The notes beneath the pieces are model-generated. The model made no database searches. It was given only the letters and a program-made list of their open reading frames with translations, and had not been told where the DNA came from. A stretch of 64,000 nucleotides of DNA. Source: Chrysomallon squamiferum. Lineage: Eukaryota > Animalia > Mollusca. Made by a program: the position numbers and the translations under genes. Where the stretch lies: positions 5,518,001 to 5,582,000 of the forward strand of contig CM022668.1 in assembly GCA_012295275.1 (NCBI GenBank), written 5' to 3'. Positions 13,151-27,079 of the stretch are shown one piece after another (position 1 is the first letter of the stretch; every line of letters begins with the position of its first letter).

Positions 13151-13385
13151 CTAAAACCAGCAGGCTCACGTGTGAACTGTTTTTACTTGAAATAGCTATG
13201 AAGTTAAATTTTATTATTTTACATATAATTAATAAATAAATAAATAAATAAAATAATAGGCTGTTTCAATAGTTATTAAACTGAAAAGAAAAGTGATTTG
13301 CTATATTTACTTTCTTTTACATCTGTTTTTTTTTTAAATATTTGCTTACTTTCTTTTCTTTTCTTTTCTTTCTTTCTTTATTTTA

Positions 13386-13442
<57 letters not shown>

Positions 13443-14265
13443 TTGTTTTTTGTCTTCAGATTTCTAATACTGTTTAACTGTTATTCCTGGATAATTTATC
13501 TCAGTTCAGACGTATATTGTTCTTGGAGTTCATTAAATTCAAAATTATGTTAATAAAATTTTATTTTGAAAATTAATAATAGTTTTGATCTACTGGATGA
13601 AGTATTGGATCTTTAGATAAAGTTTTAGATATTATTTTTAGATAAATCATTTGCTTTTTTCAGTTTTCAAGTATTACTTTACAAATGTATGAGATTATTT
13701 GAAATATGTTGTAACTGTAAAAGCTGTAGTGGACTGAGTTCTAAACATTTTTTTCTTATGACTGAGAGTTCTTAATAGATATTTGAAAAATTCATTTTAT
13801 CTTATTGACAATCATAAAGTTCACAACCATACAAATTAAATAATCTGCTATAGTCTTATGCAAACCACACTATTTTAGGTTCATAAACAGGTATTTACAA
13901 AATTCTTTTATATATTTCCCAACCTTTACATTTTTTTCTTAACACTGTATCCTAGTAATAACTAAAAAAAAGTTTAGGATTACAAAAGGTAAAATACCTG
14001 AAGTAAAAAACACCATCGCCTATAGTATTACAGTTTGACATAAATACCTTAAAGGTTAACTGCTTAAACTGAGATATAAAGCTTAACAAAGTAGGTAACC
14101 AAATACATTGAACTCTTCACATGAGAGACAACACATTTCCTGAGAATTCACTTCATTTGTTATCACAGTCAGTATAAAATGTCATCCAGTCACAGATACA
14201 TATTTAATCTGTAGTTCACAGAATATAAGAGGAAAAAATAAATCACACCAAAAAACGCTGGTCCC

Positions 14266-14628
14266 TACATGATACTCATGAATAGCATATATAATCATAA
14301 TGTTACATATAAACAATATAAATTAACAGTATTTACTAAAACTGATGGTTTTGCAAGTATATAAACTCTGAAGTATAATACTGGCTGCTACATGTTACTC
14401 ATCAATAGCATATATAAACATAATGTTACATATAAACAATACAGCAATATAAATTAACAGTATTTACTAAAACTGATGGTTTTGCAAGTATATAAACACT
14501 GAAGTATAATACTGGCTGCTACATGATACTCATCAATAGCATATATAAACATAATGTTACATATAAACAATATAAATTAACAGTATTTACTAAAACTGAT
14601 GGTTTTGCAAGTATATAAACACTGAAGT
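14266..14628. repeat. ~120-130-bp tandem repeat, 3 copies
   Basis: CTACATG(A/T)TACTCAT..AATAGCATATATAA..CATAATGTTACATATAAACAAT..AAATTAACAGTATTTACTAAAACTGATGGTTTTGCAAGTATATAAAC repeats three times. Confidence 0.9.
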
Positions 14629-15769
14629 AAAATGTCGGCTGTAACAGAGATATAAACAAAAAGTAAGAAAAAATAAACTTATTTTTATGTGAGCATCCAT
14701 GTAGATATTTTTATTTTCTCTTGCACTGACCCAACACAGCTGGTCTTCAAGCAAAACTGAAAATAAAAACAACATTTTAAATGTTTATCTGAAATAAATT
14801 AACTTTAACTTAAACAAGTATTAGTAACAATAAACCCAAGAACAAAATAATATAATAAAAAATATAAATAAGTAAATTAATAAAGTATTAAATGTAAAAA
14901 TATATAGTATCAAATGAAATAAAATGCAAATTATAATAATAATAATAATTCAGAAAAATCCTCCAACAATAAACCCCGACAAAACATCAACAACATAAGT
15001 AAATAAATAGAAAATACATTCCAAAAAATAAAACATTAAATGGCGCGAAAAACTGAAATACAAATGTAAACAAAATTACCACGTGCGTTTCGCCTGATCG
15101 CTGACTGATTCATGCTGACGTAATGTAACTGACATCTGCAATCATCGCGGGAAAAATAACTGAGCTGGCGGGAACAGATTTATGTCCAGTTGATTTTCTT
15201 CACTTTTCAAAAATTGTGATACCAGGCAATAGAAGAAGAAGAAAAAATAACAAACAGCAACAACAACAACAATAACAGTAACAATAATAATAACAAACAA
15301 AAACAAAAATTAAATAGTTAAAAAAATTAAAAATATATAAAATATCGATATTATATAAATGTATTACTCATTATTAAGCAATATAATGTAAAAAATCAAA
15401 ACGAAACAGTACAAATAACTGTGAAGACAATAATGATAATGATAATAAATTAAAAATAGAAAAATAACTACCAAAACCGAAATAGTAGTACAACAACAAC
15501 AACAACAACTACTACTACTACTACTACTAATAAAATACACAAGTGGACAAAAAAACAGCACGCAATATTTCACACACAGATGTTTTAGATCCGTCTTCTC
15601 TCTCTCTAACATACACAACTCAATGACACACCCACTCTATTTCAAATAAAGATGTACAGTATACATATAAAATGTGTAACTCTAAGAGGTAAGTTAGGAA
15701 CTGACAAAAAGATTCGAGTAATTCTATTTTGTAACGATTCTGTTTTCTTTTTGTCTTGTGTTACCCACA

Positions 15770-16598
<829 letters not shown>

Positions 16599-17429
16599 CA
16601 AAAGTCAAACACACAAAAAATAATTTAAAAACATACTTTGTTAAAATAAATTTCACTATAAAATCATGTTCATTGTTTTCTTTCTTAAGGTTCACAATGT
16701 TGTATGTCACAGTGTATGTTAGTAAAAAATCTGATTGTAATGTTAAAAACGTGTTGTTATTCTTCCTTTTTGGTTTTTTTTGTGTCAAAATTTATTATAA
16801 GTGTTCCACTATCTTTCTGACCTTGTATGTACTAAAACATTGTCAAATTAGTTTAAAAATTTATTTACTGTTTCGTATGACAAACATTTTCATTAAATAA
16901 AAAAACAAGACAGAGGAAAAACAAAAATCAAAATATTGTCACTATTAAATTATCAAAATTAACATACTTTTCGTTAAAATAAACATTTTCATTACCTACT
17001 ATCAAATAAAGTTCAGTTCAAAACATTGTCACTACTAGTTTATCAACTTAGTGTTTACACTGTCACATTCTCATGTTATTAAATAAATGGACTGAAACAT
17101 TGTCCATAAAAATTCATGTTGTTAAACAATCACTCTTTTATCAGTTGATTTATGTCAAATTAATTAATATTGTTTTTACCATCTTCCATAGTCTGTGCTA
17201 CTAGAAACCTTGTTATCATCTTGTTAGTTTATTTCTTTACAACTGACGTCAAATAACTCACATTAAAATACTATTAATTTTTTCTTCTATAAAATATAAC
17301 GAGACGTGTTTGCAGACGTAAAAATATTGGACACTGCTTGTTTGTTAAAACAACTTTTACATCTTGTAACATTCGCCTCTTTGCCCAGGCATTGAACTGG
17401 AAACATTGTCCATATCTTGTTCATGAACT

Positions 17430-17580
17430 TAGGCACTGTTAAAACAATGTCACTTCTTGTTTATCGAGCGCCACGCTGCCCAGGCACTGTTAAAACAACT
17501 TTACTTCTAATCTTGTATCGAGCGCCACGCTGCCCAGGCACTGTTAAAACAACTTTACTTCTAATCTTGTATCGAGCGCC
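17430..17580. repeat. 54-bp tandem repeat, ~3 copies
   Basis: AGGCACTGTTAAAACAACTTTACTTCTAATCTTGTATCGAGCGCCACGCTGCCC starts at 17482 and 17536, with a diverged copy at ~17431. Confidence 0.9.
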
Positions 17581-18219
17581 GATGACGTCACGATTTCACG
17601 TTTTTCAAGTCGGTGACTCTAACCGTATCAACTGACGTCCAGAGGAACCGACGTGCCTATCTCTGTATGTGCGAAGTACATTTCCACCAACTTGCTTAGC
17701 AACATGTATGTAGGGAAGGCTGGGGACATACACATCCTAACTGTCGTTATATCCTTTCCGAGTTAGTCTCTTTAAATATAATCTTTTTTAATCTTTATCC
17801 TAAAACTCGTTATAAAATTGTACAAATTTTATATTCTTATTGAGTTATACAGATAACTAAATATCTAACACCAGTTCTAAACCTACTCGTAACGAAAATG
17901 CATAACATTAAAGCTAAACGCAAAGCTGAATATGACCCTAATGCTGCCTTTAACCCTAATCCTAACCTCGCCATAAAGATACATCTAAACAGTACGACAA
18001 ACTGATATTTTGGTAAAATAAAACGTAATTTAAGTATTAACGTAACAGTTATAATATTTTTATTTTATTTTATTTTATTTTAAAATTAGGTTAGGATTTG
18101 GGTTAGATATGATAATTTACTGACATGAATTGAATTTTAGTTTAAAGCATAAAAATATTATAATAGAATTGAAAAAAAAGAGTGAATACTTGTCTTCGCT
18201 TCCTTAAAGGACACAATGG

Positions 18220-18221
<2 letters not shown>

Positions 18222-18304
<83 letters not shown>
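18222..18304. repeat. (CT)n microsatellite
   Basis: Direct inspection. Confidence 0.95.
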
Positions 18305-18308
<4 letters not shown>

Positions 18309-19379
18309 TGTGTGTGTGAGTTTTGTACGTGTGTGTATATATATATATATAGTGGTACCTGTCAAAAACGGACTCATTTGGGACCAACCGTAGATGTCAT
18401 TTTAGACAGTGTCGGCTTATACAAAGAAAATTAGGATATATTTTACTTCTAAAGTTATTGTTAAGCGTCTATCTGAGAAACAGTCTGTCGTCGACGAAAG
18501 CGTGTTTTTTTTTCTCTCTCTACTTTTTATTTTCGTGTTTCTCTCTAAAACAAACTTCTCTGTCATGTCCTTATTTAACATCGGTTGCAAAAATCTGCTT
18601 TAATTTGTTTTATCATTTTAAAAATATCAGTGTAAGAAAGTTTGGTCACTGGGTCATTGTGTGTATCGTCAAATTATTCAGATTTTTGAATTTGTCGGTC
18701 GTTACTGTTTGCCAAAATATTAGTTTTGCACAACAGATGGTAATTATCACTAAGTCTCATAATTTTAAATATTTCCTGTCTTCATATTTTAAATTTTATT
18801 GCCAGGGTTCAAGCGAGAGATCGACTTAGTCGCCTTCTTTTTCTCTTTTTATTTATATTTTTTTATTTATTTATTTATTTATTTATTAGTTGAAACTGAT
18901 CACTAGAAAGTTCAATCTATCGATACATTTTGCCTCCATTTTGTTCGATGATCTTCTTGTCACATTCTGAAATCAGTTAGCGGACTTTCGTTATTTCTGT
19001 CAAATGCATTGTTTACTGTTGTGATTAGATATTGACAATAAACACAGTTCTTCTAAACGTGTTTACAAATTAATTTAATTGAGATTCACACGATAAATCA
19101 CATAATTGCCCGAACACGTTGTGTATGCAGTAATTTGTTAACGGCCCTTTTGTATATATTTTAATGTTTAAATTTATGTTTGTGACAATAGCGTGGCATT
19201 TAAAAGTTAGATACTTTGCCGTTTTTTAGGTCGCTTTGCGATGAATTCAATAAAAGAAAGCATGTGTGCGTCATACGTATTTATTTAAACCTCTGCTTTT
19301 GACACTTAATCTAAATGAGTGAATTCACTTAAGTGTTAACACACGGATCATTTTCTTGTGCATTTAGCTGTGTAAAGGA

Positions 19380-19447
19380 CATAGGTTTTCAACCTGAGGG
19401 TCGCGACCTCCAGAGGGGTCGCCAGACTTTTCTCTGGGAGCCGCGAG
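19380..19447 (+). mobile_element. hAT (Charlie-like) terminal fragment
   Basis: GGTTTTCAACCTGAGGGTCGCGACCTCCAGAGGGGTCGCC resembles the common hAT/Charlie end CAGTGGTT(C/T)TCAACCTGGGGGTCGCGACCCC..GGGGTCGC. No partner end found. Confidence 0.45.
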
Positions 19448-20095
19448 ATCGTTCTTGATCGAGGGTATGTTTTAGCTTTTTTCAACTTGACTTGGAAGGA
19501 GAAATAAATAAAAACCTGTAGAGAGGTTTGGGACCCATCATAGTGAATGTAGATTCATTCTGTACTGTCTTTCGTTGATGAAAATATGGTATATATATAT
19601 TTCATTGTTATATCAAAACGTCTCCTTCACGGTCCTTTACATGTAATTGGAATAACCTTGAACACATGCTTCCCACCAGAGTTGTGATTACAACTGTTAG
19701 CAGTGAGACACAGCCAAGACTAGTTGATCATTCTCCACACAGGGGTGCCCAGCCTATCTGCTTGACTGCTTTCCAAACTGTGTGACTACTGACCATATGA
19801 CTGTTGGGAGGATACCGCGTATAGTGATTACAAGAAGAACGGAATCATTGTTTATTAAGATTTCACAAAGTGCGATCATTTCATCTTGTGCACGCGGTAG
19901 TCTAATTACCTGCTAATTGTTGTCATTTTTAAAGAAATGTTCTTACTTTATTCTGGAATTTACACCAGATATCCGAAGTACAGAGATACGGATTTTCCAA
20001 AGTTTTGTTCATAATATATTAAAGTTGTTATCCTGGGAATTTCTCCCTGTTTTCATAACTTTTTTGTAAAATATATTTTTTCTTTATTTTACAGT

Positions 20096-20229
<134 letters not shown>

Positions 20230-20984
20230 ACACACATCAAGTACATTTATAGGTTCTGCTCTGGAATCCTGTCTCACAACATCTTTATGTATTACACGCT
20301 GTATGCAAAAAAGAAAAATATTACAGGAACCATATAATAAAACTTGATTTTTATGTCTCTACAATTTTTCTGTTTACATTTTAAATACAAATTAAATACA
20401 ATAATAAACGAAGTAAAATTTTATGATAGAAAATAAATTTATTTGCATTTTTTTTATATACATCTTATACATAAACAAACAAACAGTAAATTCGAAACAT
20501 AATCTAATTTTCTAACATATTTAATATAAATCTGAATGAAAGAAAATTGATAAATAAATCAAATAACAGTTCTTGTATTTCATGTCCAGCAGTCAGTAAG
20601 TACATATGTAATTTATCTACATTTTATTTTATATACAATTTAAACCGAAATAAAAAAAAGTACAAATAAAGCAAGAAATAGTTAATAATATTAGGGTTTG
20701 TATACAAACTAAAAATGTTAGATATACTTAAATAAATAACTAACTATATAAATAAATAATAAAGCAATGAGATGTCATTATACATTTCGCATGTATCTGT
20801 TTGACACAAATCAGTCCATTATAAAATTTGAAATCAAATCAAATGTCTATGACGTCATTACTGCCTTCTGACGTCATGAGAAAAATGTAAACAAATAACA
20901 AATCGATAAATAAATAAACAAATAAAAATAAAAATATTCGGCCAGTGATGACTAAAAGTGACAGTATTTGAACGATGTTGTTTT

Positions 20985-22037
20985 TTACACTAAAAATAAC
21001 AAAGCAGGTATTTGTCCTTCTCTCACACATGTACGAAGTCGTCTGTCACTGTGTTTAGATTTGTGTGACTCAGAAAATCTACAAACAAAAGAGTCTACAA
21101 CAATTTCTGATTTACCTTCAACTCCACACAATGAGTCTCCTCCATTAACATTAACAAACAAACTGTACTCAGTGTCTTTAGTAATCTTCACTGGACGTCT
21201 GAACACGACGTCAAACACGTCAGACACGTCGTGTTCATATCTCTGTGTCAGTGTAGACCCGTCCAGTATTTCGTCTGTTCTTGTGTTAGTGACGAAGGCG
21301 CTGACGTCGTAGTTTTCTAGTTGATCGTCACCGTACAACTGAAATCCGCGAAGTAAAGCGTTTTTGTTGACAGAGAAAGTAATGGCGTCATCTTCTTCAC
21401 CAGAACATGAAAAGTAGAAATCAGTTCCACCAAATCTGTCTATTTTAATCTGTGTTTTAGGAATCACTCCAGTTCTCTTGTTTGAGTTAAAAGGTGAAAC
21501 ATCTTCATCACTGCTCACCAAGTGTTTCAAAATTCTGTACTCTTCTGTCTCAGTGAGTATGTGAGTGGGTGTCACGTGCTCTACAAAATACGTCTGATCG
21601 AGTAATGGATAACGCACGTGCTTCACGACCTCTCCCAGTGCATCGCGCATGTTTTTTTCATTCGTCTGTCTTCCTTGCTTCCTGCACGCGCTCTCAGCCC
21701 ACTTCACAGCGGCTTCAAAAACGTTTTTCTCGTCTGCTTTCAGTTCGTCTGATCGTACGATCTCAACCAGACATTCGTGACAAAGATCGGTGACTTCATC
21801 TGACTTCAGAACTTCGTCGCCATTTTCCAAAATGAAGTCCAGACTTTTTCCCTTAGATCATGTTGATCAAACAGGTGAGCTTGTTCCAGCACGACGCACG
21901 CATTCCGTGACGACAACGACGACTCCAAATAGTTGACGCACTGTTCTTCCAGTGTCGTGACGATGTACTTCCTCGATAGACACAGCAGACCGCTGACGTT
22001 GTCGCCTGTTAGGACGACGTCATCCGTGTAAAGATAT
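20985..22037 (-). CDS. BTB/POZ-BACK-PHR protein (BTBD1/2/3/6 family), coding exon 2: end of BTB, BACK and PHR domains; 1-bp frameshift at 21845-21849
   Basis: Acceptor ttcttttacacag|A at 22037. Reads YLYTDDVVLTGDNVSGLLCLSRKYIV...NACVVLEQAHLFDQHDLREK, then [frameshift] SLDFILENGDEVLKS...EKNVFEAAVKWAESAC...VRYPLL (BACK), then IDRF...DAITFSVNKNALLRGFQLYG...GQIPALLFLV* (PHR). Stop TAA at 20987-20985. Confidence 0.9.
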
Positions 22038-22245
22038 CTGTGTAAAAGAAGTAGAGTAATGCTTCAAAACGTGAGATAATTAAGTGAGATTAATTAATTA
22101 GAAAATAATTAGATTACTAACAAAAACTGTATTGTTATCAACGTTCGTGTCTGTATGTATGTCTCTCTTCCACACTGTGTTCGTACGTGTGTTTCTATGC
22201 CTGTGTGTGTATCTCTGTGTGTGTGTGTGTGTGTTTTTAACATAC

Positions 22246-22502
22246 TTTAAAAATTCTGAGAAGATTTCTGCCTCCACATCAACTATTTTAATATCTGATT
22301 TTTCGCGAAGTTCTCCAGTCAACATCTGACTGAAAACTTCGCTTCGAATGATCAGAATAAATCGGTGAGCATCGACAGCAGTTTCATGTTCCCCAACTAA
22401 AAATCTGACGTCCGTGAGAGTTTTTGTAAGAAAAACGTGTTCAAGGCATTCTTTCAGATTCTTCCCTGTCTGCCAACCTGAGATTGTAGATGAGGTGGCC
22501 AT
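22246..22502 (-). CDS. BTB/POZ-BACK-PHR protein, coding exon 1 (BTB domain)
   Basis: ATG at 22502 follows acceptor ctgtttctag|tgaaaaaaATG. Reads WQTGKNLKECLEHVF...TDVRFLVG...AHRFILIIRSEVFSQML...IKIVDVEAEIFSEFLK. Donor AA|gtatgt (phase 2) joins exon 2 in frame. Restored CDS is 1311 nt, 436 aa. Confidence 0.92.
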
Positions 22503-23108
22503 TTTTTTCACTAGAAACAGAGGATAATAATAATAATAATAATAACGTCATGCTAAATATAATTTACAAATATTTCCGTGTACATATGACCTGTACATGG
22601 ACATATTCCAATACCGAAACAAACACTTTTTATATAAAAAATTAAACCAAAATCATGTCTAAAAACCGAATACTTTCTGTTTAAGGCCTCTACTACTAAA
22701 CACTGGGATCAGAGATCTAAAAATAAATAAATAAATAAATAAAAGATAAGGAAAGAAAGAAAAACATCGGATAGATAAAGGATAAAAAAGAAATACCTTG
22801 TGCTGGTGGTAATGATTACTATGCTGATGACGAAGACACAAAGAATAATTTTTGTTATCATTATTATTATAAACAGAGGTGTGTGGTCAGTCAGGTAAGA
22901 AATATTTCACTGTTGGAGAAACGATTTTCATATCGCAATGTACTTGTGGTCATTTATAACAATTTACTTCTCGAAAAGTCAGCAAAATTATCCGTCAGTG
23001 ACAGATCTAAAAAGAAACACTAAAGAACAAGTAACATTTAAAAAAAAAAAAAAAAAAAATAAAATCCCAGGATGCGATATTTTCGAAATAGAAAACAATT
23101 TGAAATAC

Positions 23109-23198
23109 CTTCAAATTAAACTTGCTGATGGACAATTTATTTAAGCGAGTATTTTCTCTCTGTCGACTCAACTGCTATAGATCACCGCTATCACCGAT
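23109..23198 (-). other. Candidate non-coding 5'UTR exon of the BTB gene (paralog of 24676-24762)
   Basis: Bounded by tttattcttag|ATCGG...TTTGAAG|gtattt; similar to 24676-24762. Confidence 0.35.
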
Positions 23199-23399
23199 CT
23201 AAGAATAAATGAATTAAAATTAAAATAAAATGAAACGAAATGAAATAAAGTAAGCAATAAATACCAAAATATATCAATACGAAATAATGCTGCTACTAGG
23301 GTAGTAACAGAAATAGTAGTACTAGTATTAAAGATATTATTACTACTACTACTATTAACAATAATAATAACAGCATACTAAAGTCAGGATACACGTAAC

Positions 23400-24028
23400 T
23401 TTGTTTCATTTCAGTTTAAAAAACCTCACACTTAAATAATCTATTTGTTAGAGAACAAACTCTGATATATTTACTAATAAATTAAGAACACTGGAATAGT
23501 TAAAAATAATAAAATAAAAATATCATAGACTTTCAATATGGCCGACTTGTTTTATTTCTGCTTTGTGTACTTTTAGTTCTCAAAATCCTCCACTGATAAA
23601 CACGCGAGTGACGTCAGATATTTTACACGTCATCAAGTGCAGAGGCGGGCAGAGGTGAGGGCCGAAGGGGCTCTGGCACCGGAAATCCAGATTTATATTT
23701 AAATCGAATAAAGTGTTTATTTTATGTTTCATCTGTTTTTACATATTCAAAATATCTTCCTTTCTCATACTATTCCTCAGTACTAGGCCTTGTACTTGAA
23801 TCTTTGGGAATTACAATCAAGGAGTTGGCCCCGGGCTTCAGCAGACCTCAACACGACACTGATCAAGTGTCACGTTGTTAGGTTTCAATGTCAGATTAAA
23901 ATAAGGAAATCGTGGTACCTGATATATGTATACTCATCTTATATAAATCTTCTTTAAAACTGATTACAACAATTGAATAGATTAAGTACTATTAAATTGC
24001 ATTGTTTATACGTAAGTTATGAAATCTG

Positions 24029-24089
<61 letters not shown>

Positions 24090-24090
24090 G
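23400..24090. repeat. Local duplication, paralogous to ~26630-27080, with a GATA/E-box/CRE-like motif cluster
   Basis: Both copies share TTTGTTAGAGAAC..ACTCTGATATA, CAAAATCCTCCACTGATAAACACG(C/T)GA(G/C)TGACGTCA and TCAGATTAAAATAA..ACTCATCTTA, and end in (TAA)n. Confidence 0.85.
23640..23861. mobile_element. 222-bp non-autonomous hAT-type element with an 8-bp TSD
   Basis: ATCAAGTG is duplicated at 23632-23639 and 23862-23869. Ends are CAG...CTG with imperfect TIRs (CAGAGGCGGGCAGAGGT vs CAGTGTCGTGTTGAGGT). The paralogous site at 26881 has a single ATCAAGTG and no insert. Confidence 0.85.
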
Positions 24091-24675
24091 AAACAACAGC
24101 AACAACAACAACAATAATAATAAGAAAGAAATTTTACAGTACACTAAATATAAGTGTACACATTGTATTTCTCTGACGATGCTTGCATGACCAGTATATC
24201 AAGTTAAGCTAACACGTGACGTTTGTTTGTAATGTAGCTCAGATAAATGTCACTGCTGTATGAAAACACAAAGATAAACTCGGGTGTTATTTACAACGAT
24301 CTGACAAATTCATTGTTAAAAAACTCTCTGCCCATAAGTGTAGAAATTAACCGTGAAAATATAAAATTATTTACATTTGTCATTATTTCAATAAAGACGA
24401 TATAGACAATCCAACTATTTCCAGTAAACAGAAAAATCTAACAAACTCGTAAATAGAAAATAATACTATTATATGAGATAATATTATCACAACTTATATT
24501 GGCACGTACCATATCTTTAAAACGCCTCACGCTGTAATACTGTTTATTATATGTATAGCAATAGCAGTATATCAATAATACAATAATAAATTAAATTAAA
24601 TTAAATTAAATTAAATTAAATTAAATTAAATTAACACAATATAAAATACATTGTAGTTTCAAAACAGATACTTAC

Positions 24676-24762
24676 CTGAAAAATTTCTGATCGAGAATTT
24701 GTTAGAAACGAGTAATTTCTTTTTAACTCTACTATTGATCACAGAGATCAGAGAACAGGGAT
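24676..24762 (-). other. Candidate non-coding 5'UTR exon of the BTB gene
   Basis: Strong consensus signals: ttatttatttatag|ATCCC...TTTTCAG|gtaagt. Confidence 0.45.
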
Positions 24763-24849
24763 CTATAAATAAATAAATAAACAAAATGATATAAAGTAAA
24801 ACGAAGTAATCAAATAGAGCATAAACTGCAAACGACACATTGAACTCTA

Positions 24850-25189
24850 CAGATACCGGACCAATTATCTGGCGTCCTGAAATCCCGAAAGACCAGAAAA
24901 CCAGAACTTTTTCCCAACGTAAATTTCATACTTTGCGCGCATCGGATTTTGTCCTCACCAGACCGTAACTGCTCTTTCAAGCCGCGTGCTGTTCATTCAC
25001 TCGCCGCATTGTTTACGTGTCGAGTCGCCACAGTTGTGTTTCGTCAATTTTTTTTTTCTTTCTTTTTTTTTTAAATTGTAAAATATTTATGCCTAAGTAT
25101 TTACGAATTTAGATCCCTTGGCACGAGAAAACCGGAAGATCCAGAATGCCTCAGGCCCCAAGGTGTCCCGATAATTGGTCCGGTACCTG
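24850..25189. mobile_element. 340-bp Tc1/mariner-type MITE with a TA TSD
   Basis: TIRs CAGATACCGGACCAATTATC and the reverse complement of the right end, CAGGTACCGGACCAATTATC. Flanked by TA at 24848-24849 and 25190-25191. Confidence 0.9.
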
Positions 25190-25429
25190 TATTTAGGTGA
25201 TAGTATTACAACTACTGCTACTGCAACTGCTACTGCTACTACTAACAGAATAATAATTATTATTATTATAATGACGACACCATTATTATTTGTATTTCTT
25301 CTTAGGATTTTATTATTTTATTAGTTGTTGTTGTTATTAAATATTCTTCGATATTTCCCATAAACCAGTGTGTTATCTTTAAAAAAGAAAAAACAAAAAA
25401 CAAAAAAGAAGAAAATTCACACAAAAAAT

Positions 25430-25975
25430 GTATAGCTTTGACAAAATAGATTACTAATTCAATACGTCTGGTCTGATTTAAGTAAAAGTACTAATAGTAC
25501 AGCATATATTAAATTACAATAAAATACAAAATACCTTCAAATTTCAAAATGTCTGTCTGCCTAAGAAAGTACGTCCTTGCTTGTTGAGTGTTTTCCTGGA
25601 ACTGACAACGTCCTGTTTGACAGGTCACTGAAATATCTTCTGTGTATCGCTGTTTACAAAGTCGTCTGCTCATAAACACGTGACTGAGATCAGATGTCAC
25701 GCCACCTTTAGCGGTAAATAAATGACATATTTTATTACATACAATGTGTCTCGTATAATGTAACTTGCTTTTGAAACCTGTTAACTATATATATTATTTA
25801 TTTTGCCTGTAAATTATCTATCTTTATTTCCAGTGTTATATTCATGAAAAACTGATCACTAACAATTGTCTGTTTTTTAGGTCAGATAAAAATAGCGTGT
25901 TAATAGTCCTGGAGAGAAGAAACGTTATACCTAGAATCGTGAAAAGTGCAATGTAATTGTGAATCGTAAAATCAT
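25430..25975 (-). promoter_or_regulatory. Candidate promoter/first-exon cassette of the BTB gene; paralogs at ~27600-27770 and ~45640-46190
   Basis: E-box CACGTG at 25677-25682, Inr-like TCAGTT (minus strand) at 25605-25600 and donor TTTGAAG|gtattt at 25535. The same order of elements recurs in the paralogs. Confidence 0.4.
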
Positions 25976-27043
25976 TTGTTATTTAAATTTTTAATTTAGT
26001 TATTTTTATGTTTATTTTCTTTAAATTATTTATTTATATTTCACTTATTACATTTTATTTATTTAATAGTATTTGTTTGTTTGTTTCTTCCTTTCTTTAT
26101 TCCTTTTTATTTTTTATTGTTTTTATTTCACCACATAAAATACAGTATAAAATAATACAATTATGACGGTAAACCGCAGTAGGGCCCTTAACTACACCCT
26201 AATAAGGACTCGATTTTCTGTGGTTGTTTAATTTAGAAAATTGGTCCTAACTTATTTACTACGCCACGGATTGCAATTTAAGTTATACCTACTCGCAGAT
26301 TTCTTTTTTATATTATTGTACTATTAACATGCAGTTTTTGAAAGTATCTGTAATACAGTCTAACATCTCGTAATCAACCTGTATGTACACTAAAGTAAGT
26401 AAATATATTGCCCATTCATTTCTACAAATATTCCTAACATTAATTAAATACGAAATTTTCTACATTTATTTACAACAAACAAATTAGTTCCAATAAACGA
26501 AATAAAAAGAAAATAGAAAATAATACAAGTATGTGACACAGTATAATTATTAAATTCTTCATACACAAGTTCCAAAAATCAGAAAGATAACTATAATTTC
26601 GTTGTCGGACAATATATTTTCAAGTCAGGCTGTACGTAATGTTCTTCAACTCAATTTGAAAAACAACACCTCACGATATAATGATATATTTGTTAGAGAA
26701 CTAACTCTGATATAAGTAAACGTAATGAAACTAAAAACAGTCGAATCGTTAAAACATAATAAAGTATAATATATCATCCATTTTCGATATGACCGAATTT
26801 TTTCCTTTTCCTTTGTTTACTTTTAATTATCAAAATCCTCCACTGATAAACACGTGACTGACGTCAAACATCTCTACGTCATCAAGTGTCACTGTACTGG
26901 GTTTGAATCTCAGATTAAAATAAACAAATCATGTTACGAGACATGTACACTCATCTTACAAGCATTTTTCCTTAAAGTAGATTACATTATTTTTGTGTAG
27001 TCCTATTATATTGCATTGTATATATCTGTGTTATAAAACGTCC

Positions 27044-27079
<36 letters not shown>

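Noticed and set aside
17930-18105. TAACCC/GGGTTAG-like motifs as interstitial telomere
   Set aside because: Only a few degenerate units; such subrepeats are common in transposon remnants.
18349-18425. Pogo/Tigger-like MITE end (TAGTGGTACCTGTC...)
   Set aside because: No partner TIR found; too degenerate to call.
22098-22245. C-terminal part of ORF 22098..22511 (YVKNTHTHTQ...)
   Set aside because: Read-through into the intron after the GTATGT donor; the BTB domain continues at 22037.
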